Source: Candidatus Dojkabacteria bacterium (GTDB lineage Archaea; Nanobdellota; Nanobdellia; Pacearchaeales; GW2011-AR1). Taken from it: a stretch of 48,246 bases of DNA. Below, in pieces: positions 1-9,100 of this stretch. Both the position numbers and the translations under genes were made by a program. The notes beneath the pieces were generated by a model. The model was not told the origin of the DNA, did no database searches, and was given only the letters and a program-made list of their open reading frames with translations. Location: NCBI GenBank assembly GCA_017610445.1, contig JAFCCB010000001.1:1-48246 (forward strand), written 5' to 3'. Each line of letters begins with the position of its first letter. Position 1 is the stretch's first letter.

Positions 1-1
1 A

Positions 2-114
2 AAGTATGGTGGGGCGGTTCTTGCTAAAAAATCTAAAGGAGTTAAGACAGAAATTTATTGTAAAGCTATTGCACATAATTTATCTCTTGTGCAATAGAGA
101 TTTTCAACAGGGCC
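2..114 (+). mobile_element. 3' end of an IS5-like (archaeal ISH1-type) insertion sequence: transposase C-terminus and right terminal repeat
   Basis: Frame from nt 2 reads KYGGAVLAKKSKGVKTEIYCKAIAHNLSLVQ* (stop 95-97), resembling DDE transposase C-termini. It is followed by AGATTTTCAACAGGGCC, a typical IS end. Truncated by the window edge. Confidence 0.7.
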
Positions 115-130
115 GCCTAAATAATTAAAC

Positions 131-137
131 TTATAAA
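131..137 (+). promoter_or_regulatory. Probable TATA box of the tRNA gene
   Basis: TTATAAA about 25 nt upstream of the tRNA 5' end, with an A-rich stretch before it. Confidence 0.5.
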
Positions 138-160
138 CCAAAAATCTTTCAGAGTTCTAT

Positions 161-233
161 AGCCCTGTAGTGCAGTGGTCAAGCATCGATGCCTTTGGAG
201 CATTGGACCCAGGTTCGAATCCTGGCAGGGCTA
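161..233 (+). tRNA. tRNA-Gln(TTG), no intron, CCA not encoded
   Basis: Acceptor stem AGCCCTG/CAGGGCT, anticodon arm CGATGC-CTTTGGA-GCATTG, T arm CCAGG-TTCGAAT-CCTGG. Confidence 0.95.
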
Positions 234-275
234 TTTAAACATAAATTTAAATAATCAAATATATAACCAATTAAC

Positions 276-638
276 ATGCCAAAAACTAAAAAAACAAAAA
301 TAGAAAAACCTGTCTGGTTAAAATATACAAAAGATAAAGTAAAAGAAATCATCTTAAAATTAGCTGAAAAAGAACTAACAGCTGAAAAAATAGGCCTGAC
401 TTTGAGAGACCAGTATGGAATACCAAAAGTAAAACTTTACAATCTTAAAATAAGTGAAATTCTCAAACAAAAAAATAAATTTAAAGAACCGACAGAATTA
501 AATTTGCAGAAAAAATTGACAAAACTCGCAGAACATTACAAAAAAAATAAGCAGGACAAAAAATCCGAACGCGCTTTAATAATAACAAAAACAAAACTCA
601 AAAAAATCAAGGATTATCTAATAAAAAAAGAAAAATAA
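276..638 (+). CDS. rps15: 30S ribosomal protein S15 (S13e-type)
   Basis: KPVWL...IGLTLRDQYGIP...HYKKNKQDKKSER motifs; upstream of a DHH gene as in the conserved archaeal arrangement. Confidence 0.92.
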   Translation: MPKTKKTKIEKPVWLKYTKDKVKEIILKLAEKELTAEKIGLTLRDQYGIPKVKLYNLKISEILKQKNKFKEPTELNLQKKLTKLAEHYKKNKQDKKSERALIITKTKLKKIKDYLIKKEK

Positions 639-762
639 TTTTAAAAACCAGCCTCTCTTAAGATATTCTTAAAGAATAACCCCCTCAAACTATGCTCTCC
701 AGCAATTTAAAATTATTTAATATTAACATAATATTTATATAAACAAAATAATAAAAAAGAGA

Positions 763-2097
763 ATGATTGAAAAAGAAGTTAAAGAATTCACACAAAAATT
801 TTTAAAAAAAATAAACAGGAAAAAAATTCATTTAGTCAGTCATTTTGATACAGACGGAATAACTGCCCTGACTATTTTTTCAAAAACCTTAAAAAAGTTA
901 GGCAGACAATTTTCAGTCAAGATAATTAAGCAATTAACTGAAAATGAAATCAATTTATTCCCAAAAAATAAAATTATCATATTATTAGATTTAGGCTCAA
1001 ATAACTTAATCAAATTATCCAAACTGCAAAATCAAATTATTATAATAGACCATCATGAATTAGAAAATAGAAAAATTCCAGAAAATATAGAAATAATAAA
1101 TCCCCATCTTTTAAACAACCCTGAAAACTTATGCGCTTCAGAATTATCTTACCTTATTTCAAAAGAAATCTCAAAAGAAAACAAAACTCTCGCTTACCTC
1201 TCAATAATCGGCATGGTTGGAGATGTCACAGACAGAAATATAAACAAAACAAAAAATATAATAATAAAAGATTCAAAAGTAAAAGTAAAAAAGGGGCTTC
1301 TTTTATATCCTTCAACACGCCCGTTAGATAAAACAATTGAATTCAGTTCTCGTCCATTTATCCCAGGAGCAACAGGCAGTTATCATGGAGCAGTAGATTT
1401 ATTAAAAGAAGCAGGAATTGAGAAAACAGGCAAAATTTACAAAGCATTGATTGACTTAGACGAAAACGAAATGAAAAAACTAACAACAACAGTTTTACTA
1501 AGATTCTCATCAGAAGACAAAACACAAGAATACCTTGGAAATCTTTACCTGATTAAATTCTTTAATAAAATTGAAGATGCAAGAGAACTCTCTGCAGTAA
1601 TCAATGCATGCAGTAAAATGGGCTACTCTGAAATAGCTTTTATGATGTGTATGGGAAATGCAAAAGCAAGAAAAAGAGCAGAAAAAATTCATATAAAATA
1701 CCGTCAATACATTGTCTCAAGTTTAAGATATATAGACCAAAATCACAAAATCCAGGGAAGAGAATATGTTATAATAAACGCGAAAAATAACATAAAAGAC
1801 ACACTAATTGGGACAATCGCAAGCATACTTTCTTTCTCATCAGTATACAAAAAAGGCACAATTATTATCACAATGGCATACAACAACGATAAAATAAAAA
1901 TCTCAACGAGGATAGCAGGAAGAAACTCAAAATCCAACAGGAACTTAAAACAATTGCTTGATTCAATAATGAAAACAATTGGCGGTGAATATGGCGGGCA
2001 TAAAAACGCTGCCGGTTGCACAATTAATATAAAAGACGAAGAAAAATTTATTGATTTAATTAAAAGAAAATTAGAATTTGAAGTGATTAAAGTGTAA
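763..2097 (+). CDS. DHH/DHHA1 family RecJ/GAN-like phosphoesterase
   Basis: SHFDTDG, LLDLG, IDHH, GMVGD and C-terminal GGHKNAAG motifs. Confidence 0.9.
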   Translation: MIEKEVKEFTQKFLKKINRKKIHLVSHFDTDGITALTIFSKTLKKLGRQFSVKIIKQLTENEINLFPKNKIIILLDLGSNNLIKLSKLQNQIIIIDHHELENRKIPENIEIINPHLLNNPENLCASELSYLISKEISKENKTLAYLSIIGMVGDVTDRNINKTKNIIIKDSKVKVKKGLLLYPSTRPLDKTIEFSSRPFIPGATGSYHGAVDLLKEAGIEKTGKIYKALIDLDENEMKKLTTTVLLRFSSEDKTQEYLGNLYLIKFFNKIEDARELSAVINACSKMGYSEIAFMMCMGNAKARKRAEKIHIKYRQYIVSSLRYIDQNHKIQGREYVIINAKNNIKDTLIGTIASILSFSSVYKKGTIIITMAYNNDKIKISTRIAGRNSKSNRNLKQLLDSIMKTIGGEYGGHKNAAGCTINIKDEEKFIDLIKRKLEFEVIKV

Positions 2098-2114
2098 ATT
2101 TTCTGATTAAAAAT

Positions 2115-2300
2115 TTAATTCAAAACTTCCACAACTCTTGCTTTTATATCTGCTTTTCCGCCTTTTGGTTCTGCTAAAACAGCGTCACAAACCAAGCATT
2201 TAACTTTTGTTGTCGCTCCTTCAAATATTATCTGCTCATTCTTGCAACTCTGACATCTCACTTTTAAAAATCTATTTTTCCTTTTCATAAAAACATACAT
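2115..2300 (-). CDS. rps27e: 30S ribosomal protein S27e (start may be the Met at 2288)
   Basis: FLKVRCQSCKNEQIIF...VKCLVC...LAEPKGGKA zinc ribbon. Confidence 0.95.
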   Translation of the reverse strand: MYVFMKRKNRFLKVRCQSCKNEQIIFEGATTKVKCLVCDAVLAEPKGGKADIKARVVEVLN

Positions 2301-2338
2301 AAGAGAAGGTTTTTAAACATTACTAATTAAAGAATTTT

Positions 2339-3061
2339 ATGATACAAGAACTACAAGAAGGACAAATAGTATTATGCACTGTAGATAAAATAGTTGGAAC
2401 TATTGTATTTGTAAAAATTGAGAACAATAGTGAAGGAACAATAGTAACCCCAGAAATCTCCCCGGGAAGGATCAGAAACCTAAGAGATTATGTTGTTCCA
2501 GGAAAAAAAATTGTTTGTAAAATTTTAAAAATTAAAGATAAAAATATCTACCTTTCATTAAGGCGAGTCAAGCAAAATGAAAAAAAAGAATTTTTAAATC
2601 AGGTTAAAAAAGAAAAAAATTTCAAAGCAATATTAAAAACAGTTTTAGGAAAACAAGAAGCTGAAAAAATAATTAATGAAATAATAAAAACATATTTTAT
2701 TCTTGATTTTTCTGAAGAAATTAAAACCTCACCAAAAATCTTGGAAAAATATACAACAAAACAGCAAGCTAAAAAAATCCTAAAAATTTTAGAGTCAAAA
2801 AAAGAAAAACCAAAGCAAATCAGGCAAATATTTAAACTCTCAAATAAATCATCACAGGGAATAATAATCATAAAAAAAATAATTCAGGATGCAAATAAAA
2901 ATTCAAAAGCTGACATCAGTTATCTTGCAGCAGGAAAATACAGAATAACAATTACAGGGCAAGATTTTAAACAATTAAAAACCCAAATCAATTCTATCTT
3001 ACAGAAAATTAAAAAACAGGCAAAAAAACAGGGTTGTGAATTTAGTGTTGAAAAAAGTTAG
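2339..3061 (+). CDS. eif2a: Translation initiation factor aIF2 alpha subunit
   Basis: N-terminal S1 domain (EISPGRIRNLRDYV...LSLRRV) and C-terminal YLAAGKYRI. Confidence 0.88.
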   Translation: MIQELQEGQIVLCTVDKIVGTIVFVKIENNSEGTIVTPEISPGRIRNLRDYVVPGKKIVCKILKIKDKNIYLSLRRVKQNEKKEFLNQVKKEKNFKAILKTVLGKQEAEKIINEIIKTYFILDFSEEIKTSPKILEKYTTKQQAKKILKILESKKEKPKQIRQIFKLSNKSSQGIIIIKKIIQDANKNSKADISYLAAGKYRITITGQDFKQLKTQINSILQKIKKQAKKQGCEFSVEKS

Positions 3062-3070
3062 GAAAAGTTT

Positions 3071-3562
3071 TTAAAATTGTTCTTTATAAATAAGCAATTT
3101 TAATCCTTCTAAACTAACTCCTAAATCACTTTCAGAAATTGTATAATTTAAATCAAAATCCCCCACATTACTAATCCTCATAACAACAGTTTTTGTTTTT
3201 CTGCCACTATATCCTCCATCAACATCACCACTATCTGCGAAAGATATTTTTCCTAAAACAGCTGCACCATTTTTTATATCTATAGTATAAGTATAATCTA
3301 AGTTTGGAGGGCTTGGAACTATTTCAGCTGTTGCAAATATTAACATAGGGGTATTAGTAGAACCAATTAACGAATCCTCTAACAAATTATACTCTATATA
3401 AAATTGCAAACCCCCCTCAATCTCATCAGCAGGATGCCCATGAATCTGCCATTTTGGTGTTGCACCATTAGCAACAACAAACCCAACCCCAATCAAAAAC
3501 ACAACTACAGCACTAAGCAACCATAAATCTTTTTTCTGGATATTAATATTTAAATTTACCAT
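3071..3562 (-). CDS. N-terminally anchored surface protein, paralog of 4920..5309
   Basis: KKDLWLLSAVVVFLIGVG hydrophobic segment and HGHPADEI motif. Confidence 0.7.
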   Translation of the reverse strand: MVNLNINIQKKDLWLLSAVVVFLIGVGFVVANGATPKWQIHGHPADEIEGGLQFYIEYNLLEDSLIGSTNTPMLIFATAEIVPSPPNLDYTYTIDIKNGAAVLGKISFADSGDVDGGYSGRKTKTVVMRISNVGDFDLNYTISESDLGVSLEGLKLLIYKEQF

Positions 3563-3609
3563 CTTTTTTCTCTTATTAATAATAATCCCTACTTTTTAAA
3601 TATTCTGAT

Positions 3610-4866
3610 TCAAAACAACTCCCTCTGCACTCCAATTTCTTTTTTGTTATCACTTTCTCCTAATAAAGCAACACCATATTGACCGTCAAAGCCGGGGTTT
3701 ACATCTATCTCCCCAACCCTATTCTTCATAATCAGCTCAATAAGCACTTCACTCTTCAAAACTTTAGTTAAATCTTCTTTAGAAACATTCAGCAAAATAT
3801 TAAATTCTGTTTTAAAATTTTCAATTAATTCATAATAAATTTTCCAAACAGCTTTTGAATTTATTCCAATTCCTAAAGCCAAACTTATTAATTCATGTAA
3901 AGGCAACAAAGTATAATATTTTTTTTTGCCTTTATTATCAGCATCTTCACTTGCTAATTCTTCAACCCTATAATCAACACCAATAACTAAGGGATTTCCA
4001 CATTTAGGACAAATTCCATTTAATTCTTTTGTCTTAGTAGGACTGCATGAAAAATCACAATTTCTATGCCCATCATAATGATATTTTCCATAAGCAGGAT
4101 TTGTTTCAATAGTTCCAATAAAACTATTCTCACGAATCTGTTTTAATATTAAATCATAACTTAATTTTTCTCCTTCCTCTAATCTAAAAATTGTTGCTTC
4201 TCTTCCAAGACGCCAAGGCCAAAAAGAATGAGCATCTGAATTAGAAACAATTGAAATATTTTCTAAATCCTTGATTTTCCAGTTCATTGCAGGATCCGAC
4301 GAAATTCCTGTTTCAATTGCATGAATTCTCCCCCTCATATCTCCAAATGCCTCATCTAAATTATCATACCCACCTTTACTTCCAAAAATCCCAAACCACG
4401 GCGTCCAAATATGAGCAGGAATTATCTCAATTCTATCATCTATCTCAGCCATTTTAGCAACAAAATCCCTACAACTTATTTTAAAAATCGGGCGCCCATC
4501 ATAATCTCTTCGTCCTTTAGAATCTAACCAAGAATTAATCTTTTCAACAGCAGAAATTGAAGGAGCAAGATAAAGTAAATGAACCCTCCTACCCTTATCT
4601 TTATCAGTATAAATTAAACTTATTTCAGAAGAAAGAATAAATGGAAAACCTCCTTTATTATCCTCATACCATAAAATTCCATTATCTTCTCTAAGTTCTT
4701 TTAGTTCAGAAAGCCATTCAGGATGTGTAAAATCTCCTGTTCCTAATAAATTCAATCCTTTCACACGAGCCCATTTAACTAAATTAAGAATATTAATAGC
4801 AGAACTGCATGCTCGACTAAAACGAGAATGAATGTGGAAATCTGCAAAAACCTGTTTGTTTGTCAT
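3610..4866 (-). CDS. Endonuclease Q-like PHP-domain nuclease
   Basis: DFHIHSRFSRACS, GTGDFTHP, PAHIWTPW, SNSDAHS, GKYHYDGHRNC and CPKC zinc site. Confidence 0.88.
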   Translation of the reverse strand: MTNKQVFADFHIHSRFSRACSSAINILNLVKWARVKGLNLLGTGDFTHPEWLSELKELREDNGILWYEDNKGGFPFILSSEISLIYTDKDKGRRVHLLYLAPSISAVEKINSWLDSKGRRDYDGRPIFKISCRDFVAKMAEIDDRIEIIPAHIWTPWFGIFGSKGGYDNLDEAFGDMRGRIHAIETGISSDPAMNWKIKDLENISIVSNSDAHSFWPWRLGREATIFRLEEGEKLSYDLILKQIRENSFIGTIETNPAYGKYHYDGHRNCDFSCSPTKTKELNGICPKCGNPLVIGVDYRVEELASEDADNKGKKKYYTLLPLHELISLALGIGINSKAVWKIYYELIENFKTEFNILLNVSKEDLTKVLKSEVLIELIMKNRVGEIDVNPGFDGQYGVALLGESDNKKEIGVQRELF

Positions 4867-4919
4867 AAAATAAAAAATAAGAATTAGTTTTTATAGATTG
4901 TTGTAATTTAATTAAAAAA

Positions 4920-5309
4920 TTATTTACAACAAAATTGAGGATTATTAGTACTAACCCATTGTTGATTAGGTTCTCCAGCACAATTATCTCCTCTATATCT
5001 TGCAATATTTTCATAATCTACAAAAGTACCTTGATAAGAAGTCCATTCCCCACCACAAGTTTTACAGAAAGTACATGCAGGAGAAGAAACTCCTCCAATC
5101 CACCCATCATCAATCAAACTTTGCAATGTAACTAAACTTCCTGAAGTATCATTAACCATAATTTCATCACTTGAATGTCCATTAACCTGTGCTTCATCCC
5201 CAGAATAATCACCAAAACCTATTATCAACCCAACCCCAATTAAAAACACAACAATAGCTGAAAGCAACCACAAATCCTTTTTCTTAATATCAACTCTCAA
5301 ACTCACCAT
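4920..5309 (-). CDS. N-terminally anchored surface protein with Cys-rich C-terminus, paralog of 3071..3562
   Basis: KKDLWLLSAIVVFLIGVG and NGHSSDEI; C-terminal CTFCKTCGG...C...FCCK. Confidence 0.7.
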   Translation of the reverse strand: MVSLRVDIKKKDLWLLSAIVVFLIGVGLIIGFGDYSGDEAQVNGHSSDEIMVNDTSGSLVTLQSLIDDGWIGGVSSPACTFCKTCGGEWTSYQGTFVDYENIARYRGDNCAGEPNQQWVSTNNPQFCCK

Positions 5310-5315
5310 TTTTCT

Positions 5316-5339
5316 TAATAATAATAATAATAATAATAA
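5316..5339. repeat. (TAA)8 microsatellite
   Basis: Eight perfect TAA units immediately upstream of the 5309 start codon. Confidence 0.85.
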
Positions 5340-5455
5340 ATTAGATTATTTAAATATATTGATATCTTCTTAAAAAATTATGCGAAAATAATTGTTCATC
5401 AAGCTATGTTCTAATCTCCAAAACTCAAAATCCTACAAAATTATCAGTTATAAAA

Positions 5456-5989
5456 TCAAATCCTCAAAAATCTAACTAACTGATAAATATCCCCAGAAGA
5501 AAAAGTTATATTTGAAACAGTTATCTGAATAAGCGCCAGCAGCCACATAAATAAAATCCAATTAATCCCTAAAATCAAAGCAAGATTAACCTCTTTTTTA
5601 ACTCTAATCCTATAAAACAAATAAACATTAATAAAAGTCAAATAAATCCCAATCAAAAACAAAAATCTCAAATCAGAAACAATCCCTGCAATATTAATTT
5701 CAGTCCGCTTATATTTATCTAATTCCTTATATGCTTGTAAATCAAACCTTGTAACACCCAACTTAACAACCTTTGGATTAAAAAAATTAGGAATTGTCTC
5801 TAACAAATTAAAATTATAAGTATTTTCTATTCCATACTTATCCAACACTTTCTGATGTCCACGCTCATGAAAATATGTTGAAACCTGAACTAAGTAAGGC
5901 AAAACAAAAAATATAGTCACAAATAAAAATGCTGCAACACAAAAAACTTTCCAAGCATTATCACTCATAATCCTCTTTTTTAAATCCAT
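5456..5989 (-). CDS. Membrane protein with HExxH motif, M50-like putative zinc metallopeptidase
   Basis: FHERGH after a TM helix, IAG motif and C-terminal N..SGD. Confidence 0.6.
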   Translation of the reverse strand: MDLKKRIMSDNAWKVFCVAAFLFVTIFFVLPYLVQVSTYFHERGHQKVLDKYGIENTYNFNLLETIPNFFNPKVVKLGVTRFDLQAYKELDKYKRTEINIAGIVSDLRFLFLIGIYLTFINVYLFYRIRVKKEVNLALILGINWILFMWLLALIQITVSNITFSSGDIYQLVRFLRI

Positions 5990-6149
5990 GATTAATTAAG
6001 AAAAATATAATTAATAAATGTTCTTATCTTAAAATTCTCTTAAAATAATCATCATTAAATTCAATAATTTCAGATATAAAAATCTAAAAAATTTCCAAAG
6101 TTAAAGTTTCTAAAATCTCTGATTTCTCAAAATTTTATAAAATTATCAA

Positions 6150-9100
6150 TTAATCTTCTTTATCACTCAGCCCTTTTTTCCCAATCCAAAAAACACACTC
6201 ATTATCAGGAAGATTAGGGCTGTCAATTAACTTAGCAACTCTGCTTCCTTTTCTACCCCTCCTAATATATAATCTAAATGTTGAATTATGAACAACAAAA
6301 CCATTAGCAATATAATTTTCATTTTTAGGAACAGAAAAATCATAAAATAATTTTCTACCACCATTCTCACTAATTTTAATCTTCCTAATTTTTTCAAATC
6401 TGAAATCTGACTTCAACAACTTAAAAATAAACTCAATTTTCTGTTTAATCTGCCTATCTTTAATCTCAATATTCATTAAAGAATTTAATACTTTATTTAA
6501 CTCTCTTCTGTTAATCCATTGATAATTCTCTTGTCTTGATCTAATAATCAAAGAAGGTTGTAATCCTGCTTCCTTTAACAAATCCCAAACATCTTTTCTT
6601 TTAATAGGCATCATTTCTCTCTTGTAAGTACTATCACAATAATTTACACAATCCAATAATCTTTTTTGTTTGTCCAAAGCACTAAAACCAATTTGCAAAT
6701 AATCTTTCACACTTCTGTCTCTTATAGAAAGAACAGACATTTTCTTTTTTCCAACATCAAATCTTAAAAAACTCCTTATTCCAAATCTTAATAAAAACAA
6801 TTGTAGATATCTCAAAATTTGTTTTTCTTTTTGAGCAACACTAATCCTCGCTCTTTTTTTATTAATATGCCCTTCAGCATCTACAAATCCTTTAATAAAT
6901 GAACCAACCACATCATTTTTAGATTTAGCAATAATATTCAAAATATCAGGCATAAATAATTTGAAAAAATCAGAAATTTCCTTTGAATTAATATTTAATG
7001 TAAAACAATTTTTACTGCTCATTTTTGAAATTCTCCCTTTAATATTAAATAAATTTTTAAATAAAATTCTATACTGTTCAAGAACTTCAAATCTCTCGTC
7101 CCTAAACCTCAATCCTCTTAACTCAAAATTTCCATCACCAATAAAATACCCGCAAACTTGCGCAAGTTCTGAATTCATTACAGATGGAATAGATAAATCT
7201 CTGTGTTTATGAGTTTGCACAGGAATCATTTCTAATTGAAGTCCATTAAAACAATTCTTCAGGTTACTTAAAACACTAATAGAAGTTGAATAATTCTGAT
7301 TTAACACTCTCCTAAATTGTCTTGAGGTTATTCCTATTTTCCTACATATTTCCTTTCTTAAAACATTTCCCTCAATCAACTTTTCCTTAATTTTTTTAGC
7401 AGATTTTTTAGAAATCCTTCCAACTCTCTCAATATTTTTTAAAGGTAATTTTTGTTCTTCTCCATTAATTTCAATTCTCCCGATTTGAGCAATAAAATCC
7501 CTTTCTTTCAAATCCTTAGCCTCTTTTTCAACCAAAGAAAAATTCTCTATTGCAAAAAATCTATGCAATTTAGAACAGTTTATTTCATTAGTTGTTTGTA
7601 TTTTATATTCTCTATCAACATTAGGATTTACAAAAACCAATTCAGAATCTGTTTTTTCAAAATTTAATTTTTGAAAATTTCCCGAAATTATATTATCTTG
7701 TTTCATGTCTTTAATTTCTTTTATACTCCCATCTGCTAATTGTATTAAACTATCGCCTGTTAAACAAGCATGCCCAACAATATTGCCTCCAATAGGGGTT
7801 GTAGGATCCCCAAACATCATTGCAGGATTTGACATAACCTGATTAGTAACATAAACACCTAAATTAAACTGCTCTGCTATTTTCATTAAATTATGCAGAT
7901 ATTTATTTAACTTCTGTTGTCTGTCTGCTAATTGCCCTCTGCCGCCAAACTCTGCCCTAAAATGTGCAGTTAAAGAATCAATAATAACTAATTTAATATC
8001 CTCGCCGTCTTTAATCATCTCTCCAATTTTATCAATCAAAAGCATCTGATGATCTGAATTAAAAGCTCTTGCAACCAAGATATTTTTCAGAACATTTTCA
8101 GAATTCATGCCTTTTGCTTCTGCAATTTGTCTTACTCTTTCTGGACGAAAAGTTCCTTCTGTATCAATAAAAACCGCTTTTCCCTCGCATCCTCCCATTT
8201 CAGCAGGTAATTGAACATTAACAGCAAGACTCAATCCTAATTGTGTATTATGCATAAAAGTAGGCATATTTCCCCCAATAAAAGAATGTCCAAAAGGAAC
8301 AACAAAATCATAAACATAATCATCATAATCAATTTCTTTAATTTCAGTAATCTTATCCCATTTAAAATCCTCTAAACTATCCATTAAATCTAAAACTTTT
8401 TCTAATTTATTTTTTCTAATTATCAATTCTCCTAACAAAGCTCTTTTCAAAATCTCTTTTCTATTTTCAGGAATTTTTCTTAAATTATAATTTCTAATAC
8501 TAGATTTTTTAATTCCTATTTGATTAGCTAAAAAACTAAAAGCAAAAGGAAGTTTATCAAAAATCTTCTTTAACAAATCAAAATCAAACTCATTTCCCAA
8601 CACTTCTTTAATCAAATTATCCATACTCCTTTTACCTTCTAAAAAAAGGAGTTTCATAATATTAAATGTCTTAGAATTCATATTCTCAACTATATTTTCA
8701 CGAGTAAGATGCCTGTAGGCCATACTATCTGAATTTATTTTACCAATTTCTTTTCTATGTCTCCCCCGATTTCCACCAATAGTTTCAGAATAAACTTTTC
8801 TTAAAAAACTAATAATTTGTTTAGGATATCCATATTTACTATTAATTTGAAAATAATTTGCTCTTTTAAATTTAAATGGAAAATCATTAAATTTTAATCT
8901 GCTCTCTCCAACAACAAAAATAATATAAAACTCCACACCCTCAATAATCTTTGTTCTAACAGTTGTTGCAACTCCTAATCTTAAAAAAAGATAATTCAAC
9001 TGAATAGCAAGTTTTTGGCTTTTAGTAGTGACTGACAAACTTCTTTTAGAAATTTCACCATCTCCTTCAATATATCCTGCAAGAAAAGAAGTAATAATTT

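Noticed and set aside
5456..5989. Idea that this HExxH protein complements the 34139 pseudoprotease as a split enzyme
   Set aside because: The genes are 28 kb apart and this protein has its own candidate third ligand (SGD); no supporting evidence.
5340..6149. Vaguely similar AT-rich intergenic tracts (also near 640-760, 13860-13975 and 31680-31895)
   Set aside because: Could not align them convincingly by eye; a self-dotplot would be needed.
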